Assembly: GCA_964512185.1 (NCBI GenBank)
Contig: CAZEJJ010000003.1
Location: 36,941-100,940 of the forward strand
From: an uncultured Enterobacterales bacterium
Lineage (GTDB): Bacteria; Myxococcota_A; UBA796; JAFGLY01
Reading direction: 5' to 3'
Length of the DNA: 64,000 bases
Part shown: one piece after another, positions 9,749-17,519 of the stretch
Layout of the letters: every line of letters starts with the position of its first letter
Numbering within the stretch: the stretch's first letter is position 1
Made by a program: the position numbers and the translations under genes
Notes under the pieces: model-generated
What the model was told of the DNA's origin: nothing
Databases searched by the model: none
What the model saw: the letters and a program-made list of their open reading frames with translations, nothing else

Positions 9749-10353
9749 GAGCTCACCTCCTGCGGCGCCAGGCCGGCCCATAGCATGTCCACCAGCCCGG
9801 CGATGTACTGGTCACCTTCCACCGGGCTGTACACCCCGTGGCCGAGGTTCTCGAAGAAGACGAAGTTCCACACCGAGGCGGACAGCACACGGGCCATGAG
9901 CTCGGGATCGCCCTGGCCCAGGCGGCCGCCGTCCATCTCCAGCTGCAGGTGGGCGGCCAGGGCCTGGTGTGCGTGGCGATGGGGCGAGTCCTTGCCGTGC
10001 AGCAGGGGCTGGTTGCGTGGATCCATCCCGTCGCGAGAGCAGAGCACCATCACCCTCGGGATCAGCTGGCGGTAGAACTTCATCATCTGGGTGGCGATGC
10101 GGGCCAGGTTCTGCTTCATGGAGCCGCGGCCGAGCAGTCCGGCCAGGTGCGCCTTTGGATCCTCGCGTTGCTCCAGGCCCATGGCGGCCATGAGCAGCGC
10201 GTTCTTGGTGGGGAACCGCTTGAAGATTGTCCCCTCGGAGATCCCGGCGTGGGTCGCGATCTCCGCGGTGGTCACCGTGGCGCCGCGCTCCAGGAACAGC
10301 TCCCGCGCGGCGTCGAGGATCTCCTCGTTGGTGATGGTTCGTGGTCTGGGCAT
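9745..10353 (-). CDS. TetR-family transcriptional regulator
   Basis: N-terminal HTH EEILDAARELFLERGATVTTAEIATHAGISEGTIFKRFPTKNALL. 202 aa, leads the efflux operon. Confidence 0.85.
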   Translation of the reverse strand: MPRPRTITNEEILDAARELFLERGATVTTAEIATHAGISEGTIFKRFPTKNALLMAAMGLEQREDPKAHLAGLLGRGSMKQNLARIATQMMKFYRQLIPRVMVLCSRDGMDPRNQPLLHGKDSPHRHAHQALAAHLQLEMDGGRLGQGDPELMARVLSASVWNFVFFENLGHGVYSPVEGDQYIAGLVDMLWAGLAPQEVSS

Positions 10354-10382
10354 GGTCGGGGCGCTCGCGAGGCGGTGTTTGG

Positions 10383-10400
10383 TAAGTGAGTACTTACTTA
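10383..10400. promoter_or_regulatory. candidate TetR operator (imperfect 18-bp palindrome TAAGTGAGTACTTACTTA)
   Basis: Half-sites TAAGTGAGT / rc TAAGTAAGT match 8 of 9 positions around a GTAC centre. AT-rich, 30 bp upstream of the tetR start, in the tetR/ycaQ-like divergent region. Confidence 0.4.
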
Positions 10401-10493
10401 CTTAATATTCGGGGCGCGTCAAGGTGGGTTCGTGTAACGGTTTGTATTGCTACCTCCCTTGACCCGCGGGCCTCCCCGGCAAAAACTCCCGGC

Positions 10494-11678
10494 ATGCCCA
10501 ACGATACCGAAGGACGGCTGGCGCTCGACGAGGAGCAGGCGCTGTACTTTCGTGCCCGGCGCTGCCACCTGGCCGGGCCAGGGGCACCGGATCCCGTGGC
10601 CGCGGCGCGAGCGATCCTCGGAGCCCAGGCGCAGATCCTGGGGCCAGGGCTGCTTGCCCTGGCGCAGCGCACGGCGGGGCGTCCCGCGGCCGACGCGCTG
10701 GAGGCGCGGCTGATGCAGGACGGCCGCGACCTGGTGCGCACCTGGGGCCAGCGGGATACGTTGCACATCTACGATGCCGCCGAGGACTGGCGCGCGGTGG
10801 TGGCCGCCCGGGGCCAGTGGGCGCCGGCGGGCAGGGGCACCGTGATGCCGGCGGATGCGGCGGTGGCCGCGGCGCTGGAGGTGGCGCTCGAGGCTGACGG
10901 TCCCATCACGCGGCGGGAGCTGATGCACCTGGTGCCCGAGGAGTTCGTGGCCTGGATGGCCACCCGCGTGGCTCCGGGGGGGGATGCCGTGCGCGAGGGC
11001 GCCGGGCGGCTCTTCTGGGCCCTGGCTCGCCAGGGGGAGGTGGTGTGCGGGGCGAAGCGCGGCGTGGACCAGACCTACGCCACTCGGGCCCACTGGTTCC
11101 CGCGAGTGAAGTGGCTCAAGACCCGGCCCACCGAGGCGGGGGCGGCCGCGGAGATGGCGGCACGCTACCTGCGGGCTTACGGTCCGGCCACGGCCGCGGA
11201 CATGGCGCACTTCTTCGGCGCGCGGGTCACCACGGCCCGGCGCTGGCTGGAGACCATCGGCCAGCAGCAGGGCCTGCTGGAGGTGCGATGCGGCGCGCGC
11301 GAGGGGCTGGTGGCGTTGAGCCGGGATCGCGAGGCGCTGGACCGCGCGGCGCCAGCGGGCTTCAAGGAGTGGCCCGTGCGTCTGCTGCCCGGATGGGACT
11401 GCCTGCTCATGGGGCACCACGACAAGACCTGGACCGTGCCCCGCGAGGCCGAGCGGCCGCGGGTCTGGCGCAAGGCCGCGGTGGTGGCGCCGGCGGTGCT
11501 GGCCCGGGGCCGGGTGGTGGCGACCTGGTCACAGAACAAACAGCGGCGTCGGCTGACCGTGACCGTTCAGCCCCTGTCGGGCTGGCGCAAGTCGAACCAC
11601 CTGGCCGGCGTCCGGCGCGAGGCGCGCGGGGTGGCGCGGCATCTGGGGCTGGAGCTGGTGGAGGTCCGACTGGAGTAG
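10494..11678 (+). CDS. winged-helix DNA glycosylase-like protein (YcaQ/AlkZ, DUF1006/HTH_42 family)
   Basis: ATG 10494; the ORF-track GTG 10386 lies inside the operator region. 394 aa. N-terminal ...LDEEQALYFRARRCHL...AARAILGAQAQILGP contains a Q-x-Q motif. Family recognised from memory only. Confidence 0.6.
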   Translation: MPNDTEGRLALDEEQALYFRARRCHLAGPGAPDPVAAARAILGAQAQILGPGLLALAQRTAGRPAADALEARLMQDGRDLVRTWGQRDTLHIYDAAEDWRAVVAARGQWAPAGRGTVMPADAAVAAALEVALEADGPITRRELMHLVPEEFVAWMATRVAPGGDAVREGAGRLFWALARQGEVVCGAKRGVDQTYATRAHWFPRVKWLKTRPTEAGAAAEMAARYLRAYGPATAADMAHFFGARVTTARRWLETIGQQQGLLEVRCGAREGLVALSRDREALDRAAPAGFKEWPVRLLPGWDCLLMGHHDKTWTVPREAERPRVWRKAAVVAPAVLARGRVVATWSQNKQRRRLTVTVQPLSGWRKSNHLAGVRREARGVARHLGLELVEVRLE

Positions 11679-11697
11679 CGGGCGCTCCCGCAGGGCC

Positions 11698-11736
11698 ATT
11701 CCCGCACCGCCATTCCCGCACCGGGGTTAATTCCCC
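11698..11736. repeat. left REP-like repeats: ATTCCCGCACC x2 + GGGGTTAATTCCCC
   Basis: Copies at 11698-11708 and 11712-22. They are the reverse complement of the GGTG(C/T/G)GGGAA(A)T word of the right array. GGGGTTAATT is the rc of AATTAACCCC. Confidence 0.6.
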
Positions 11737-11949
11737 GCTCCGGGGCCAAATTCTCCTGACTTCCAGCGATCCGCCAACGATATGCTTGCTGAAAAGAAGC
11801 GGTGAGATTGTATTGCAGCGGTTTCAGCCGGAAATCATAGTGCAACGCGCCGGCGGCGCGTCACATTGGGCCAGTCAGAACACAAGTCCCCCTTCAGAGG
11901 CGATGGGCTCTGCCAATATCAGCATTGAACTGGGGAGCGAAAGGGGCGC

Positions 11950-12831
11950 CTATGGCGGCGCGGCGCATCTCACACCGGCGAGCCGACTCAGCGCGTAGGT
12001 CCCGTATGGAAACACGACATCTCTGATGCCCGCCTTCCACCTGGCGTACGCTTCGCGGTAGGCATCGATGAACCCCTTGAGGCGGCAAAGGGCCTCGATG
12101 CGCAGCCACTTGTGCTGACAGGCCACGCGAGGCGACAGGTTGCGCCGAGGCTCTGCCGACTTCGGGCGGTCATACACGCTTTGTTTCATGATGTTGCGCT
12201 TGCCCAGGTATTTGCGCCCCTTTTTGGCGTTCTTCGCGCGGAGCTGCTTGCCTTCGAGGGCCAGCTGCTTTTTGAAAGCAGCATAGAAGTCCGGGTCGCC
12301 AACAGCGTGCGGCGGCGGCTCGAACTTCAATTTGATGCGTCCGGGCATCGGACCATTCGGCCGGAAGTAGCCAACGGGCCGTTCGACGTTCCGCTCCCCC
12401 TCGAAGCCCCTCAGGCCGGGCCACTGCTCTGCGTGCATGACCAGACAGGACTCGACCGGATTGAGCAATGTATACAGCATCTTGTCGATGACATCCTCTG
12501 GGCGCTCGAGCCGGACCGCGCTTGGCTGTTCGGTGGCGAAGAGGTTCTCCCAGCGCCCCAGCGAGGAGTTGACGGCCTTGGCCACGAACATGTTGACGTA
12601 GCACATGAAATCAGGGAGCCGCCCCTTGGGATCGGTGACGACGGCGTGCCAGTGGTTGCTCAGGACGCATACCGCATGCAGCAAAACGCCTGTATTTTCG
12701 GCTGCCACCGCCAGCACGTACATGAAGATCTGGGTGGTCAGCTTGGTTGGTTTGAGCAGGAACTGCCGCTGGGTGCAGCGGCGGCTCAGCAGGTAGGTGC
12801 TTCCGGGGAGTATTGGGCGTGGTAGCGACAT
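11950..12831 (-). CDS. Y1 (HUH) tyrosine transposase, REP-associated (RAYT)/IS200-like
   Basis: 293 aa. HUH motif LSNHWHAVV, Tyr motif MLYTLLNPVE, N-terminal LLSRRCTQRQFLL. Confidence 0.7.
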   Translation of the reverse strand: MSLPRPILPGSTYLLSRRCTQRQFLLKPTKLTTQIFMYVLAVAAENTGVLLHAVCVLSNHWHAVVTDPKGRLPDFMCYVNMFVAKAVNSSLGRWENLFATEQPSAVRLERPEDVIDKMLYTLLNPVESCLVMHAEQWPGLRGFEGERNVERPVGYFRPNGPMPGRIKLKFEPPPHAVGDPDFYAAFKKQLALEGKQLRAKNAKKGRKYLGKRNIMKQSVYDRPKSAEPRRNLSPRVACQHKWLRIEALCRLKGFIDAYREAYARWKAGIRDVVFPYGTYALSRLAGVRCAAPP

Positions 12832-12867
12832 GCCGAGGTTATCGGCAGGCCGCAGAGAATGTTGCGT

Positions 12868-13127
12868 GAAAAATTAACCCCGGTGTGGGAAATCCGCGGT
12901 GTGGGAAATCCGAAAAATTAACCCCTGTGTGGGAAATCCTGGGGGAAATCCCGGGGAAATCCCCCGGTGTGGGAAATCCTGAAAAATTAACCCCGGTGGG
13001 GGAAATCCGGGAAAAATTAACCCCGGTGGGGGAAATCGGAAACCCCGGTGGGGGAAATCCACGCGGTGTGGGAAATCCGCGGTGGGGGAAATCCACTCGG
13101 TGGGGGAAATCCGCGCTGGGCAATCCT
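12868..13127. repeat. tandem array of about 12 x GGTG(T/G)GGGAAATCC, four preceded by GAAAAATTAACCCC
   Basis: Core copies start at 12882, 12898, 12926, 12941, 12952, 12966, 12995, 13025, 13047, 13065, 13081 and 13099. GAAAAATTAACCCC occurs at 12868, 12912, 12981 and 13011. The array ends 1-2 nt before the EamA stop codon. Confidence 0.85.
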
Positions 13128-13128
13128 T

Positions 13129-14013
13129 CTAACTCTCCCTGTCCGCCAGCCAAAGGCCGAAGGCGATCAATCCGATGCCCAGGCCATGGTAGGCATGCAG
13201 GCGCTCCCCGAGCAGCATCACGGCCAGCAAGGTCCCGAATACTGGCAGGAGATGCAGCATCTGACCGGAGCGGTTGGCGCCCAGGTCTTCCACTGCGCGG
13301 TTCCACAGCACATACGCCAGCACCGACGGGAACAGCGCCAGATAGGCGATGGAGCCCACTGTCTCCACCGTCACGGCGAAGGCGCCGACATGGTCGAGCT
13401 CCCAGAGGTACAGCGGCCCAAGGGGGACCACGCCGATGAGGCTGATCACGGCCAGGAAGCCCAACGGGCTAAGCCCGGCCGGCCGCCAGCGCAGGCACAC
13501 CGAATAGAGCGCCCAGAGCACGCTGGCAGCGGTATTCCAAAGGTCTCCGGCGTTGAACTTCAGCGCGAACAGCACCCCGAGCTGTCCCCGGGCCAGGATG
13601 ACCAGCACCCCGGCTCCCGAAAACAAGATGCCGCCCGCCCCTTGCCAGCCGATGCGCTGGCCCAGCAGGAGATAGGAGAGGGCGACGATGATCACCGGCG
13701 TGGTGGAGGCCAGCACTGATGCGTTGGCCGCCGTGGTGCTCTGCAGCCCCAGGTAGACCATGGTGTTGAACCCGGTGACCCCGATCAGCCCCAGCCCGGT
13801 CAACGCGCGCCAGTGGGCGCGGAGCAGATGGCGCCGGGGCCAAAGATGCTTCCAGGCGACCGGGAGCAGAATCATCGACGCGGCCGCCCAGCGCCAGAAG
13901 GCCAGGGCCAGCGGTGGAATCTCCACGTGCATCCAGCGGCCGACGATCATGTTCCCCGCCCAGAACAGCTGCGGAAGGGCAGCAAGCAGGTAGCTCAGGC
14001 GGCGCGTGGGCAT
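13129..14013 (-). CDS. DMT-superfamily transporter (EamA family)
   Basis: ATG 14013. 294 aa, about 10 TM segments in two EamA-like halves (LFWAGNMIVGRW...; LWNRAVEDLGANRSGQMLHLLPVFGTLLAVMLLGERL). Confidence 0.8.
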   Translation of the reverse strand: MPTRRLSYLLAALPQLFWAGNMIVGRWMHVEIPPLALAFWRWAAASMILLPVAWKHLWPRRHLLRAHWRALTGLGLIGVTGFNTMVYLGLQSTTAANASVLASTTPVIIVALSYLLLGQRIGWQGAGGILFSGAGVLVILARGQLGVLFALKFNAGDLWNTAASVLWALYSVCLRWRPAGLSPLGFLAVISLIGVVPLGPLYLWELDHVGAFAVTVETVGSIAYLALFPSVLAYVLWNRAVEDLGANRSGQMLHLLPVFGTLLAVMLLGERLHAYHGLGIGLIAFGLWLADRES

Positions 14014-14296
14014 CGCGCCAGCATGACCCCGCGGGGCGCCTCGCCGCAAGCAAGGACGCAGGGTTGGGACAGGCTGGGGCCCGGGGCGCAACCCGGTGAT
14101 CCACCTGGCGATGCAGTGCAACCAGGACACGCCCGGGGAGCTGCGCCAGCACGGCGGCCCGGGGAGTTTCGTCTCCGCCCTGTTGGAGCAGGGCTACAGG
14201 GACCTCGAGGCAATGCACGGCGAGCGGGTGATGTTCTTCGAGGCGTGAGGGTCTCCGCGGCGACGTGAGCCACTCCGCGGAGCAGGGCTCCAGCGT

Positions 14297-14734
14297 TCAG
14301 AGGCAGACCTGGATCTTGTATTCGTGGCACCCGGTGCCGTTGGGGTTCCTGATGCAGTAGGCGTCGATACACGCGCCGAAGTCGTCGAGCTGCTTGGAGC
14401 AGGTGGCGTAAGGGTCGCAGAGCTTCGCCGTGGAGAAGCATTGCTGGAACTTGCTCTCCAGAGCTCCGCACCCGCTGACGCTGGTCAGGCCGTCCAGGGA
14501 GCTGCACAGCGCCGAGCAGTCGGCGATGGTGGTCTTGGAGCAGTTGGCGTATTCGAAGCTGCATTTCTTGGCCATGGCCGCCTGGCAGTAATCCTTGCAA
14601 TGACCTGTCGTGCCCGAGTTGCCGCCGCTGCCGTCACCACACCCGCCCGCTGCCAGCAGCAGCGCTGTCAAAACCAGGAGGCGCCGGGATGCGCCGGCCG
14701 CGCGGAAGGAGAACGCCTTCTCATCTGGCTTCAT
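14297..14734 (-). CDS. small cysteine-rich lipoprotein (C-x3-C module family)
   Basis: ATG 14734. MKPDEKAFSFRAAGASRRLLVLTALLLAAGGC lipobox, Gly/Ser linker, then 14 Cys in about 100 aa (CKDYCQAAMAKKC...). Confidence 0.6.
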   Translation of the reverse strand: MKPDEKAFSFRAAGASRRLLVLTALLLAAGGCGDGSGGNSGTTGHCKDYCQAAMAKKCSFEYANCSKTTIADCSALCSSLDGLTSVSGCGALESKFQQCFSTAKLCDPYATCSKQLDDFGACIDAYCIRNPNGTGCHEYKIQVCL

Positions 14735-14962
14735 GACAGGAGAGATTCTGCCGAGAATATGCATGGGAAGTCCGGCCTCGATTCTGGTTCGAGGGCAAGT
14801 ATCCGACGGCAGGTCAGACGTCGTCAATGAGGCCACATTGACGCGTACCTTCCCCAACGACCAGGGGCCACCTGGTGGGCATGTCGCATTACTGCTCATG
14901 GGCGGTGGAAGTGCCTTGATGCCCCTGGCCCTGGCTCGGCGAGGCAGATCTGTCGCTGCCCC

Positions 14963-15011
14963 GCCAAAATGTCATATGGAGGGGTCTGACCCCCCTGTAT
15001 GACATTTTGGC
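14963..15011. terminator. bidirectional intrinsic-terminator-like hairpin
   Basis: GCCAAAATGTCATA (14963-76) and TATGACATTTTGGC (14998-15011) are perfect 14-nt arms. The inner AGGGG/CCCCT pair extends the stem. A4 lies 5' and T4 lies 3' of the GC-rich core. Confidence 0.4.
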
Positions 15012-15197
15012 GACACCCTCCTGTCATCGTCCATCAGCCGCCAGCCAGGCCACCGGCGCAAGCGCTCCATGCGTGGCGCGCTCCGGACTGAAGGAGCATG
15101 GCCGTGACGGGCGGCTATTGTCTCCACGACCCGCTGCATGGAGAATATTTCGACCGTACAAGTCAATTTCCGGAGCACCAGCTGAAGGGAGGCTGAA

Positions 15198-15905
15198 ATG
15201 CCAGGTATCGAGCACAGCTACAGACTCCTCGATTTCGACCGCGAAGCCGGGCGGGTTTCGCCATATGCGCACCTGTACCGGTTCGGACAACAGGAGCCGC
15301 CAACGGCTGGCCCCCTGGTTCTTCACATTGGCGGCTCCATCGAGGTGAAGGAGTACGAGGCGCGCCGCCGCACCCGGCCTGACTTGCTTCTGGAACAGTT
15401 CTGCGCGGCCCTGCAAGGGATGACTCATCCCCCGGAGCGTGTGGACCTCATCGTCTGTCCCTGCCCGGTGGACACGGGCGACGATGGACCGGACTGGATG
15501 GTGAATCACCTGGACGACGACCTCACACCCGCCCTGGGCCACCCCCCCACCTCAACCGGGTGCATCGGCCACTCCGCCGGCGGCAGCTCCGCGTGCCATG
15601 TGGCCGCCATCGCCGAGGCCCGCGCCGTGGCCGTCTACGGCGGCGCCGGGATCCTGAAGGCCATGGAGGAGAATGAAGATCTCCTCAGATACCGCCCGAA
15701 CGAAGGGCTCGAGCCGCTGGCCATGCTCCTCTATCGCAATGCCAACGATCAGGTTCAAACCGACATCGAAGCCAGGGCAGTTGGACAGCGTTTTGGCGCC
15801 AGGGTCATATCAGGGCCGGGGGCCCACAGCTCGAAGGACTACGCTGCCAACGGCTCGATCCGGAGCTGCTTCGAGTTCCTGCTCGACCAACTGTCCAGGG
15901 AGTGA
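15198..15905 (+). CDS. alpha/beta-hydrolase-fold protein
   Basis: 235 aa. Nucleophile elbow GHSAGG. GGGAGG SD 6 nt upstream of the ATG. Confidence 0.55.
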   Translation: MPGIEHSYRLLDFDREAGRVSPYAHLYRFGQQEPPTAGPLVLHIGGSIEVKEYEARRRTRPDLLLEQFCAALQGMTHPPERVDLIVCPCPVDTGDDGPDWMVNHLDDDLTPALGHPPTSTGCIGHSAGGSSACHVAAIAEARAVAVYGGAGILKAMEENEDLLRYRPNEGLEPLAMLLYRNANDQVQTDIEARAVGQRFGARVISGPGAHSSKDYAANGSIRSCFEFLLDQLSRE

Positions 15906-15951
15906 AATCGGCCCCCCGAAATCCCGCACCCGGGGCCGAACCGGCCATCCC

Positions 15952-17352
15952 TCAGCGGCACCCTCCGCGGTCCCAGGCGTCGTAGCCGGCCAGGTCGGCC
16001 CCCGCTGGCAACCACTCGGGCGGCACGCGGTAGGCGCGGTACGGCATGTTGATCCCCCCGGCCAGGGCCTTCGTCCGTAGCCGCCAGACCACCTCGCCGT
16101 CCCGGTTCACCTCGCGCACCTCTCCCTGGTCCGACGCGGTGATCAGCGTGTTGCCGTTGGGCAGCCGCTGGGCGCCGCCCTGGGCCGCCGACATGAAGTG
16201 GTCCGCGCCGTCGGGCGCGCCGTAGCTCCAGATCACCTGCAGGGTCACCGGATCGAACTCCAGCACCCGGGTGTAGTTCCGGCAGTGCCGGTACCCCTTG
16301 CTCGCGCCGCCGTAGCAGGAAGCGCCGCCGTTGTCGAACACCAGGATGTTGCCAGCGCCGGGCAGCCCCTCGGGGATCATGTGCGCGTGGTGGGCCGCGA
16401 TGATCGGGCCCACGCGGCCTGGCCAGGGCGCGCCGTAGTCCGGGCCCAGGCGCCACACGATGTCCCCGGAGCGGCGGTTGATGACGGCCATGAAGCAGGC
16501 CTCACGCGAGTTGATGATGATGTTGTCCGGCGCGAACCGTTCGTCGCCGGCGCGGTGGTGGCGGTTGCGGCCCAGGGTGGACATGGCGTTGAGGTGCAGC
16601 CAGTCGTTGGCGGCCTTGCCAGGGTTGGTGCGGATGTCCTTGAGGGCGGCGGCGTCGAAGCCCATTTGCCCGATGTGGTCAGCCGCGCGCCAGGTGAAGC
16701 CGGTGAGCCGCTGGTGCCTGTCCACCTCGTAGATCACGTCATCCAGCAGCGTCTTGGCGCTGATCTTGGGCGCCTTCCGCTCCTCATGGGACAGCACAAG
16801 AGTTTGACCCGCCTTGAACGCCTGCTGCCCGGGCGAGTAGTACCCCACCGGATCGCCCTCGCGCTGGAAGTCATGGTGCTGGCGGGCCTCCAGAGTGCCC
16901 TTGGCGTTCTTGTTCCAGGCGTCGAAGGACCAGACCGTGGCGTCGTCCCAGTCCCGTTGCTCAAGGCTGACGCCCTCGTAGTCCCACGCGCCCTTGGAGC
17001 TGCGGTCCGCGGCCATGATGTGGCCGCCGGGCAGCATCTTGACCGGCGTGCCCAGCACGCGCCAGCGGCGCACCACCTCGCCGTCCATGTCCACCAGCAC
17101 GGCGGCGGGTTCGTAGGCCGCGTAGTCGTACTCCAGCGGGACCAGGGTGTAGCCCTCGCACGCCGCGCCGTGGGTTCCCGCCGAGGTCCGCAGCGCGGCC
17201 CCGGGCTCCCCCTCGCCGCTGCCCTGGGTGAAGGCGGAGCGCCGCACCGGGCGGTCGCGGCCCATGGGTCCACATCCGCCCGCCAGGACAGATGTCGCGA
17301 GAGCCAGCAAGATGAAATGAGCAGGGAGTCGGGGCCGGTGAATTGCGCGCAT
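15952..17352 (-). CDS. arylsulfotransferase (ASST)-like beta-propeller lipoprotein
   Basis: 466 aa. Lipobox LATSVLAGGC. ASST-like strings QHHDFQ, WLHLNAM, IINSREACFMAVINRRSGDIVWRLG, GNILVFDNG, RLPNGNTLI. Family recognised from memory. Confidence 0.5.
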   Translation of the reverse strand: MRAIHRPRLPAHFILLALATSVLAGGCGPMGRDRPVRRSAFTQGSGEGEPGAALRTSAGTHGAACEGYTLVPLEYDYAAYEPAAVLVDMDGEVVRRWRVLGTPVKMLPGGHIMAADRSSKGAWDYEGVSLEQRDWDDATVWSFDAWNKNAKGTLEARQHHDFQREGDPVGYYSPGQQAFKAGQTLVLSHEERKAPKISAKTLLDDVIYEVDRHQRLTGFTWRAADHIGQMGFDAAALKDIRTNPGKAANDWLHLNAMSTLGRNRHHRAGDERFAPDNIIINSREACFMAVINRRSGDIVWRLGPDYGAPWPGRVGPIIAAHHAHMIPEGLPGAGNILVFDNGGASCYGGASKGYRHCRNYTRVLEFDPVTLQVIWSYGAPDGADHFMSAAQGGAQRLPNGNTLITASDQGEVREVNRDGEVVWRLRTKALAGGINMPYRAYRVPPEWLPAGADLAGYDAWDRGGCR

Positions 17353-17364
17353 GTCCGGTCAATT

Positions 17365-17380
17365 TGCAACCGATGTGCCA
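17365..17380 (-). promoter_or_regulatory. sigma-54 (RpoN) promoter, consensus match TGGCAC-N5-TTGCA
   Basis: Minus strand reads CTGGCACATCGGTTGCAAATTGACCGGACATG. The -12 C is at 17366, which predicts a TSS near 17354, 2 nt before the ASST-like ATG. Direct repeat CAATCGCGG x2 lies immediately upstream. Confidence 0.5.
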
Positions 17381-17519
17381 GGCCGCGATTGCCGCGATTG
17401 ACTATGGTGCCCGGGCAAAACAGCGCCAGATCGGCTCATATCTGGCCCCGGGGCTGCAAACAGCAGTGGTCAGGTGGGAACCGACGCCCCGGTCTTGTGG
17501 GCGGCGGCCCCCTTTCTGC

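Larger units (their letters stand above)
11698..13127 (-). mobile_element. RAYT/IS200-like Y1-transposase unit bracketed by inverted short-repeat arrays
   Basis: The transposase ORF lies between 2 copies (left) and about 12 copies (right) of the same 11-14-nt word in opposite orientation. Confidence 0.45.

Noticed and set aside
12868-13127. Whether the short-repeat array is a CRISPR array.
   Set aside because: The units are only about 14 nt, are directly abutting or separated by 2-15 nt of another repeat word, have no unique spacers of uniform length, and no cas genes are nearby.
14041-14251. Short + strand frame ...NPVIHLAMQCNQDTPGELRQHGGPGSFVSALLEQGYRDLEAMHGERVMFFEA* between the EamA and lipoprotein genes, possibly a gene remnant.
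   Set aside because: There are only about 46 codons from the first ATG, no SD, and no recognisable family. Upstream the frame becomes Arg/Gly junk.
14972-15178. 68-aa ORF (and 14610-15002 on the + strand) in the 464-bp divergent spacer.
   Set aside because: It has a TTG start without an SD, low GC3 unlike real genes here, and its end is dictated by the palindrome.
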